A DNA stretch of 41,465 nt from a bacterium (GTDB lineage: Bacteria; Hydrothermota; 32-111). The stretch lies in NCBI GenBank assembly GCA_046484245.1, contig JAWOBN010000111.1:1-41465 (forward strand). The letters run 5' to 3'. Both the position numbers and the translations under genes were made by a program. Shown here piece after piece: positions 20,235 to 26,153 of this stretch (position 1 is the stretch's first letter; each line of letters opens with the position of its first letter). Below the pieces are notes generated by a model. That model was given only the letters and a program-made list of their open reading frames with translations, made no database searches and was not told where the DNA came from.

Positions 20235-21190
20235 TTTAACAATCCTTCTGCTATTTTTATACCATTGAGTGCAGCTCCGACCCGTAAATTGTCTGCTGAT
20301 ATAATAAGATGAAATACATTCTCATTATCATGATCCTTTCTCAATCTGCTCACAAAAACCGTGTCGGAGTCACTGATTCCTTCTATGTCCATTCTACTAT
20401 TAAATTTAATTAGATCACCCTGTTTTTGCAAGTGGCTGCGTATTTTTTCAATGTCCGCATTGCTTCCTACTTCAATCCTTACTGACTCAGTATGAACATT
20501 GGAGAGGGGAATACGCAATGCAGTTGCTGATATGTCTATATCCTTTTTACGCATAATTTTCTTTGTCTCATTAATCAGCTTTATCTCTTCATCGCAGTAT
20601 CCGTCCTTATCTATTGAACCAATGGATAATTGAAGATTATCATAGAGCTTATCGGCATCTTCGCCGTATCCCTCTCGTGACTGTCTTCTGAAATTTACAA
20701 GCTGACTATGTCCTGCACCTGATATTGCCTGATATGTTGATACAACAACAGATTTCAGCTGATAAATCTCAGAGATAGCATTGAGCACCAGCACAAGTTG
20801 TATGGTTGAGCAATTGGGATTGGCAATGATTCTGTCCTGCGGTTCAATAATATCAAAATTCACTTCCGGCACAACAAGAGGAATATCCGGTCTGTTCCTG
20901 AATGCAGAGGAATTATCAATACATACAGTGTCTCTTTGAGCTGCAAGCGGGACAAGAGCCCTGTCTGTCTCACTGCCTGCAGAGAAGAATGCAATGTCAA
21001 TATTGTCAAAATCATCCTCATTGAACTCCCTGACAGTATAATCCCTGTCCTTCACGGATATGGTCTTACCGGCACTCCTGCCGGATGCAATGAGTATGAG
21101 ATCATTATAGGGGAATTGTCTCTCGCCCAGAAGACTCAAAAAGGTCTCTCCCACCAGTCCTGTAGCTCCGATTACAGCTATATTAGTCAT
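20231..21190 (-). CDS. asd: Aspartate-semialdehyde dehydrogenase
   Basis: GATGLVG, DNSSAFR, ANPNCST, TYQAISGAG and DNLR.GAALN motifs. Confidence 0.96.
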   Translation of the reverse strand: MTNIAVIGATGLVGETFLSLLGERQFPYNDLILIASGRSAGKTISVKDRDYTVREFNEDDFDNIDIAFFSAGSETDRALVPLAAQRDTVCIDNSSAFRNRPDIPLVVPEVNFDIIEPQDRIIANPNCSTIQLVLVLNAISEIYQLKSVVVSTYQAISGAGHSQLVNFRRQSREGYGEDADKLYDNLQLSIGSIDKDGYCDEEIKLINETKKIMRKKDIDISATALRIPLSNVHTESVRIEVGSNADIEKIRSHLQKQGDLIKFNSRMDIEGISDSDTVFVSRLRKDHDNENVFHLIISADNLRVGAALNGIKIAEGLLK

Positions 21191-22365
21191 TGAGCATCCG
21201 TCAGTCCGAGTTCTTCGGATAATTCACTGAGCAGTTTGGACAGGTATGGTTTCTTTGTGACAATAGAGAATTTCAATTCGTCCTTGATAATGGTGAATAT
21301 GTCATTCTTGTACTTGTCTGTAATGCGGAGTATCTTTTTAAGCACATCCTTGTTGTGATACAAACCGGAGCCTATTATTGTGATAATGGAAAGGTCATTG
21401 TTTATTGAGATACTCTCGCTTTTCTCCTCAATTCTGGCGAGAATGTCACTGACTGAATTGCTGTCTGTTATAAGGGTCACAGCATCTTGACTCTTGTTTG
21501 CGAACATCTCAAAGTCCATGTCATTCTCACTGAGCAGTTTGATTATGTCCATTATGCTTTCATTGGTCTTTATATTGAGAGCAGTGAGGTTTTCCCTGTG
21601 GGATATACCCCTTACATCCATACCCTCAATAGCATTTCTATCTGTTATCATTGTGCCGACTCCTTCATTGAATGATGATTTAACACAGAGTTTTAAATTG
21701 TTTTTCATGGCAATTTCCACAGAACGGGGATGGAGTATCCTTGAACCTGTTGATGCCATGATGAGCATCTCCTCATATGCAATCTCTTTAACATGTTTTG
21801 CATTATATACAATATGCGGGTCAACAGTATATACCCCGTCCACATCAGTGTATATCTCGCATCTTTCCGCAGAGAGATATGAGGCAATGGCAGTTGCAGT
21901 TGTGTCTGACCCGCCTCTGCCCAGTGTTGTTATCTCCCTTGAGGCAGAAACACCCTGAAAACCGGCTATAATAGGGGTTATGTTCTTTTTCAGAGCTTCT
22001 TTAAGCCTGGTGCCCCTGATTTCAATGATCTTTGCATCAGTATGGTCCGGGGTGGTTATTATACCGACCTGTGAGCCTGTGTATGAGTATGATTTAATAT
22101 TATAAGAATTAAGAGCCATTGAAAAGAGTGCCATGGAAATACGTTCACCTGTAGTAAGAAGCATATCCATCTCTCTCTTATTGGGATGGTCGCATATCTC
22201 GGATGCCATTGCTGTCAGTTCATCAGTTGTCTTATTCATGGCAGAGACAATTATAACAATCTTATTGCCCCTGTCAATTTCATCACGAACAGTACCTGCA
22301 AGATGCATTATATGTGATGGTGTTGCCAGTGAAGTCCCGCCGAATTTCTTGACTATTAATGCCAT
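21187..22365 (-). CDS. lysC: Aspartate kinase
   Basis: KFGGTS, TLGRGGSDTTA and TDVDGVYT.DP motifs; C-terminal ACT-like region. Confidence 0.95.
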   Translation of the reverse strand: MALIVKKFGGTSLATPSHIMHLAGTVRDEIDRGNKIVIIVSAMNKTTDELTAMASEICDHPNKREMDMLLTTGERISMALFSMALNSYNIKSYSYTGSQVGIITTPDHTDAKIIEIRGTRLKEALKKNITPIIAGFQGVSASREITTLGRGGSDTTATAIASYLSAERCEIYTDVDGVYTVDPHIVYNAKHVKEIAYEEMLIMASTGSRILHPRSVEIAMKNNLKLCVKSSFNEGVGTMITDRNAIEGMDVRGISHRENLTALNIKTNESIMDIIKLLSENDMDFEMFANKSQDAVTLITDSNSVSDILARIEEKSESISINNDLSIITIIGSGLYHNKDVLKKILRITDKYKNDIFTIIKDELKFSIVTKKPYLSKLLSELSEELGLTDAQ

Positions 22366-23517
22366 TTACAACTCTAATTTACCTATTTTTTCAATACCTC
22401 TGTCAATCTCATTGTCAGGGAGTGTCAGACAGAAACGTATAAATCCGTCACCTGACTGGCCGAAGCCAATGCCCGGTGTGGTAATAATCCCGGTATTCTT
22501 GATTAAATACTTGGTGAATTCCATGGAGTTCATACCCATTTTTGTCTTTGCAAGAATATAGAATGTAGCAGAGGGCCTGTGAAATTCAAATCCCTTATCC
22601 TCAAGAGCATCAGCCAGCCTGTCAATGCGGTCTGCAATTATCCTGTTATTGTCTTTAATATGCTCCATGCCGTTTTCAAGTGCTTCAATGGCTGCATACT
22701 GAATCGGTCTGAAAACACCGGAATCAGTATTCATTTTTATTTTTCTAAGACCATTTATCAATTTCTCATTACCGACTGCAAATCCTATTCTCCATCCTGT
22801 CATATTGAATGTCTTTGACAGTGAATGGAATTCAATGCCTGTCTCCATGCCTTTTGATGTGCTGAGCATGGATGGCGGGGGCGGGAGGGCAGGAGAATGG
22901 ATGTCCGCATAAACACAGTCATTTATGACAGCAATATCCTTTTCATATGCCATTTCAGTGACCTGCCTGTAGAAGTCACTGTCAACCACAGCACCTGTCG
23001 GATTATTGGGATAATTGAGCATCAGGGCTTTTGTTGATTGAGTGATCAGTGGCTCTATTTCCTCAATACGGGGAACAAAGTCATTGTCATAACGGACAGG
23101 GAACTCAATTGTACCGGCTCCCCACAGACTGGACTGAACCCTGTAAACAGGATAGCAGATTGACGGGATAAGCATCTCGTCACCCTCTTCAACCAGTGAC
23201 TGCATCAGATGGGCAAGCCCCTCCTTGGACCCTATCAGGACAATGATCTCTCTTTCGGGATCAGCGTCCACATTGAAGCGCTCTTTCATATAGGATGCAA
23301 TTGACTCTCTCAATATCCCCATTCCATTGTATGATGGATATCTGTGATTGGCGGGATTTCTCAACTGGTCTTCCATTGCATCAATTATAAAATCCGGGGT
23401 AGGGAGGTCAGGATCACCGACACCGAAATCAACAGGATTGTCCGTCTGTCTCTTCAATCTGTCTATCTCATCAAAAACATAGGGCGGGATTGCATTGAGT
23501 CTTGAAGATAATTTCAT
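22366..23517 (-). CDS. dapL: Class I/II PLP aminotransferase, probable LL-diaminopimelate aminotransferase
   Basis: PPYVF, GVGDPD, GSKEG, NYPNNPTG and EFHSLSKTFNMTGWRIG motifs. Lies between dapB and lysC. Confidence 0.8.
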   Translation of the reverse strand: MKLSSRLNAIPPYVFDEIDRLKRQTDNPVDFGVGDPDLPTPDFIIDAMEDQLRNPANHRYPSYNGMGILRESIASYMKERFNVDADPEREIIVLIGSKEGLAHLMQSLVEEGDEMLIPSICYPVYRVQSSLWGAGTIEFPVRYDNDFVPRIEEIEPLITQSTKALMLNYPNNPTGAVVDSDFYRQVTEMAYEKDIAVINDCVYADIHSPALPPPPSMLSTSKGMETGIEFHSLSKTFNMTGWRIGFAVGNEKLINGLRKIKMNTDSGVFRPIQYAAIEALENGMEHIKDNNRIIADRIDRLADALEDKGFEFHRPSATFYILAKTKMGMNSMEFTKYLIKNTGIITTPGIGFGQSGDGFIRFCLTLPDNEIDRGIEKIGKLEL

Positions 23518-24303
23518 TCAGCCTCCCAGAACATCTGTCATTGAGTATAAACCGTTTTCCTTATCCGATATAAAATTAATTGCCCTTATGACACCATTTG
23601 CAAATGTCTCACGGGAATGTGCTGTATGTTTGATCTCCATTGTCTCATCAGGTGATGATATGATTATGGAGTGAATGCCTGAGAATGAACCTGCTCTTAC
23701 AGAATGAATCCTTACCTTGCTGTTTCTGGGATAATCCACTGAAAAATCATTGTTTACTTGTCTCCCTGTCAATTCACTGATTGTCTCTGCAAGTGATAAT
23801 GCAGTGCCGCTGGGTGCATCCTTCTTCTTATTATGGTGATATTCAATGATCTCAATATCCCTGTCTTTATCCTTTATATAATCACTCATGTGTTCAAGCA
23901 TCAATTTGATCTGATTGATGCCTGTTGACATATTAGATGAATAGATAACAGGTATATCCGAGGAGTACTGTTTCATTTTATTGATAATATCATCACTGAG
24001 GGCTGTTGTGCCTGATATGAATTTCTTGTTATTTTTATGAGCGTATTCCAGTGCGCTCAATGTACCGGCCGGTGAGGAAAAATCAACTATGATATTGAAT
24101 CTGTAATCACTGTCTTCCTCCAATGGATTAATTGTCACACCCCATTTGTCAATACCGCACCACAGACCCAGATCGTTGCCTGCAGATTTTGAATCAGGGG
24201 AGTCAAATGCTTCTGTGACTGCGAGATCGTCACATCCTAGAAGTTTGAGGGCAATTATGCTGCTCATCCTTCCACCAGCACCATTTAATGCTATATATTT
24301 CAT
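23518..24303 (-). CDS. dapB: 4-hydroxy-tetrahydrodipicolinate reductase
   Basis: GAGGRM, DFS, GTT and EYHHNKKKDAPSGTA motifs. Confidence 0.95.
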   Translation of the reverse strand: MKYIALNGAGGRMSSIIALKLLGCDDLAVTEAFDSPDSKSAGNDLGLWCGIDKWGVTINPLEEDSDYRFNIIVDFSSPAGTLSALEYAHKNNKKFISGTTALSDDIINKMKQYSSDIPVIYSSNMSTGINQIKLMLEHMSDYIKDKDRDIEIIEYHHNKKKDAPSGTALSLAETISELTGRQVNNDFSVDYPRNSKVRIHSVRAGSFSGIHSIIISSPDETMEIKHTAHSRETFANGVIRAINFISDKENGLYSMTDVLGG

Positions 24304-24309
24304 AAATAA

Positions 24310-24338
24310 AGATTAACATAAATATATCAAAAGGTCAA
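24310..24338 (-). promoter_or_regulatory. Promoter of the dapB operon (probably leaderless)
   Basis: TTGACC-17 nt-TAATCT with a TG extension, 6 nt before the ATG. No SD. Confidence 0.65.
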
Positions 24339-24455
24339 GTATATAGAGAATGATTATAGATTTAACAACTTTTTATAATGTCTGGTATAATCTAATACAG
24401 GCATAATAAAAATGAAACAGCTCATAGGGCAGTTTTGTTGTTTTGAGCATGCTGT

Positions 24456-24806
24456 TTATTTATTCTTGTTTCTCAATTCTTCAAGCAATTCCTTGGCTGC
24501 AGGGACTGCATCAAGCAGCGGTTTTAGTTTACTGTTGCATATGAAATCAGGGCAACCGGAGCAATTATCCAGATGCTTTTCATGACAGCACTGTCTAATG
24601 TTGCACTCATCGCAGTGCCTGAACAAAACCCCTGAACCGTGACATCCCGTGCAGTTTATCATATCCGTCGTAATGTCGGCATTGTAGAATTCAGACCACA
24701 TCTTAGCTGTCTTTTCCCTTATATCATTATCATCTGTCTTGTGTGCTATAAAAGCAGGGCAGTCACTGCAGACAAGTCCGCAGTATGCAATGATTTTCTC
24801 TGTCAT
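24456..24806 (-). CDS. Cys-rich DUF3795-like protein
   Basis: IAYCGLVCSDCPAF...CTGC...C.IRQCC...C..C..F.C pattern; GGAG SD. Confidence 0.8.
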   Translation of the reverse strand: MTEKIIAYCGLVCSDCPAFIAHKTDDNDIREKTAKMWSEFYNADITTDMINCTGCHGSGVLFRHCDECNIRQCCHEKHLDNCSGCPDFICNSKLKPLLDAVPAAKELLEELRNKNK

Positions 24807-24823
24807 AATAACTCCTTTTGATC

Positions 24824-24851
24824 ATTATCAACCAGAGAGCATGATTGTCAA
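24824..24851 (-). promoter_or_regulatory. Putative promoter of the DUF3795-like gene
   Basis: TTGACA-16 nt-GATAAT. Confidence 0.5.
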
Positions 24852-24872
24852 TAGAATCTATAAACCCTCTAA

Positions 24873-25036
24873 AAAAGGGACGGTGGTTAAATCAGTTAAA
24901 ACATTAGATATAATCTAGCTAAGTCAAGTTAAATTGGGATTTATAGGTAAATGAGAGAAAATGAGGAAATTCTTGGTAAGTATTGATAAAATATAAGTTA
25001 CCAGAAGATTTAACTGATTTAACCACCGTCCCTTTT
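24873..25036. mobile_element. MITE/REPIN-like element 2 (164 bp)
   Basis: Perfect 28-bp inverted repeat AAAAGGGACGGTGGTTAAATCAGTTAAA (24873-24900 / 25009-25036) around an AT-rich core. Confidence 0.65.
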
Positions 25037-25037
25037 G

Positions 25038-25081
25038 TCAAATACCTGCCGGTATTTGCTCGTTTTACTCGCTGAATCCCT
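25038..25081. repeat. tRNA-linked repeat, partial type-B unit
   Basis: 43/44 identical to 25566-25609; contains the hairpin CAAATACC-TGCC-GGTATTTG. Confidence 0.9.
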
Positions 25082-25133
25082 GCTCCGGATTCACTATGCC
25101 GCATTACGCAACACGCATCACGCAAAACGATCC

Positions 25134-25260
25134 GGGATGAAGGCTTTGCCTGACAATTCTCTTGAATAGCAGTAAGTTCTGCCTATTGACGAACCCTTTG
25201 GTATAATCCTGCGGATTATGTTCATTACGCTATGCTTCATTCACTTTAAGTCCAGTCTCT
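25134..25260. repeat. tRNA-linked repeat, type-A unit copy 1
   Basis: 25134-25246 is identical to 25315-25427 (113 bp, period 181). Ends in TCCAGTCTCT, a tRNA 3'-end fragment. Confidence 0.95.
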
Positions 25261-25314
25261 TACATTGGATCGAGTCACACGTGACACACGAACCACACGA
25301 GTCACACGGGGCCT

Positions 25315-25447
25315 GGGATGAAGGCTTTGCCTGACAATTCTCTTGAATAGCAGTAAGTTCTGCCTATTGACGAACCCTTTGGTATAATCCTGCGGATTAT
25401 GTTCATTACGCTATGCTTCATTCACTTCGAATCCAGTCTCTCCGCCA
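25315..25447. repeat. tRNA-linked repeat, type-A unit copy 2
   Basis: Direct repeat of 25134-25260. Ends in TTCGAATCCAGTCTCTCCGCCA, an inverted copy of the tRNA-Ser 3' end lacking one C. Confidence 0.95.
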
Positions 25448-25448
25448 T

Positions 25449-25473
25449 AAAAAAAGCCGTGATATACACGGCT
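25449..25473 (-). terminator. Intrinsic terminator of the tRNA-Ser transcript
   Basis: Minus strand reads AGCCGTG-TATAT-CACGGCT followed by a T-run. Confidence 0.75.
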
Positions 25474-25479
25474 AAAAAT

Positions 25480-25609
25480 TTATGGCGGAGAGACTGGGAA
25501 GATTCACTTTGTTCATGCGTCTACTTGATTAGCAGTAAGTGGGGAAGCCGACGAACCCTATGGGTTCAAATACCTGCCGGTATTTGCTCGTTCTACTCGC
25601 TGAATCCCT
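25480..25609. repeat. tRNA-linked repeat, type-B unit with duplicated tRNA 3' end
   Basis: TTATGGCGGAGAGACTGGGA at 25480-25499 equals 25619-25638. Shares the blocks CTTGAnTAGCAGTAAGT and GACGAACCCTnTGG with type A. Confidence 0.9.
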
Positions 25610-25621
25610 CTTGAATAGTTA

Positions 25622-25709
25622 TGGCGGAGAGACTGGGATTCGAACCCAGGGTGCATTGCTGCACACACAGTTTCCAACCGTGCTCCTTCGGCCTCTCGGA
25701 CATCTCTCC
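25622..25709 (-). tRNA. tRNA-Ser(GGA)
   Basis: GGAGAGA acceptor stem, anticodon arm CACGG-TTGGAAA-CTGTG, long variable arm, GGGTTCGAATCCC T-arm and encoded CCA. Confidence 0.97.
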
Positions 25710-25729
25710 GTCTTTGCTTATATTAGCAT

Positions 25730-25757
25730 ATATTAGTAATAATTAGCATAATGTCAA
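25730..25757 (-). promoter_or_regulatory. Putative tRNA-Ser promoter
   Basis: TTGACA-16 nt-TAATAT about 20 nt upstream of the tRNA. Confidence 0.6.
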
Positions 25758-25798
25758 TATGTATGTCCAAAAACCCTGAATTATGAAACTGGATCGTC

Positions 25799-25986
25799 TT
25801 TCCTCATAAGAAAAAATCATTGAGCATAATGATTGATGTAATGACGGTGAGGCTCACACATTCTCATCAGAACCGAATTATCGGTTATGCACGGGTTGGC
25901 AGAGGCGCTTTCTGAGAACTGTCCTCGCCTCATTATTATTTATGAGGAAACATATGTCTTTCAAGTACTTTATTTTTGAGGAATAA
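25799..25986. repeat. Dispersed long-hairpin element, copy 1
   Basis: 25818-25986 matches 39342-39510 at 162/169. Terminal IR TTTCCTCATAA/TTATGAGGAAA (25799-25809 / 25940-25950). Confidence 0.92.
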
Positions 25987-26083
25987 CGCTGGGCTTGACT
26001 GTATCAGGTATATAAATATATTTAATATGTGTAAAAAATCCCCATTATGATGTATATTATGGCAGAATAACAGGAAGTTTGAT

Positions 26084-26121
26084 TAATCAGTATTGATTTT
26101 ATACTGATTATTTATTATAAT
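26084..26121 (+). promoter_or_regulatory. ppdK promoter with an overlapping palindrome
   Basis: TTGATT-17 nt-TATAAT (26093-26121), overlapped by the inverted repeat TAATCAGTAT-N7-ATACTGATTA (26084-26110). Confidence 0.6.
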
Positions 26122-26153
26122 AAAAATTCATTCAAATATCAGGAGGTTAGCAA

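Noticed and set aside
25186..25207. Promoter TTGACG...TATAAT inside repeat A
   Set aside because: The spacer is only 10 nt, and the TATAAT is part of a hairpin stem.
25134..25447. CRISPR array
   Set aside because: Repeats are over 110 bp, there are only two identical copies, spacers are low-complexity, and no cas genes are present.
25480..25638. Intact prophage or island bounded by attL/attR
   Set aside because: The duplicated tRNA ends are only 139 bp apart, with no integrase or cargo.
24919..25736. Short ORFs 24919-25125, 25399-25614 and 25539-25736
   Set aside because: They overlap the MITE, the repeats and the tRNA, and have no recognisable protein features.
25799..25950. Integron attC site or 6S RNA call for the long hairpin
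   Set aside because: I see no RYYYAAC/GTTRRRY ends or cassette arrangement. Two near-identical dispersed copies fit a repeat better, and 6S cannot be supported without a covariance search.
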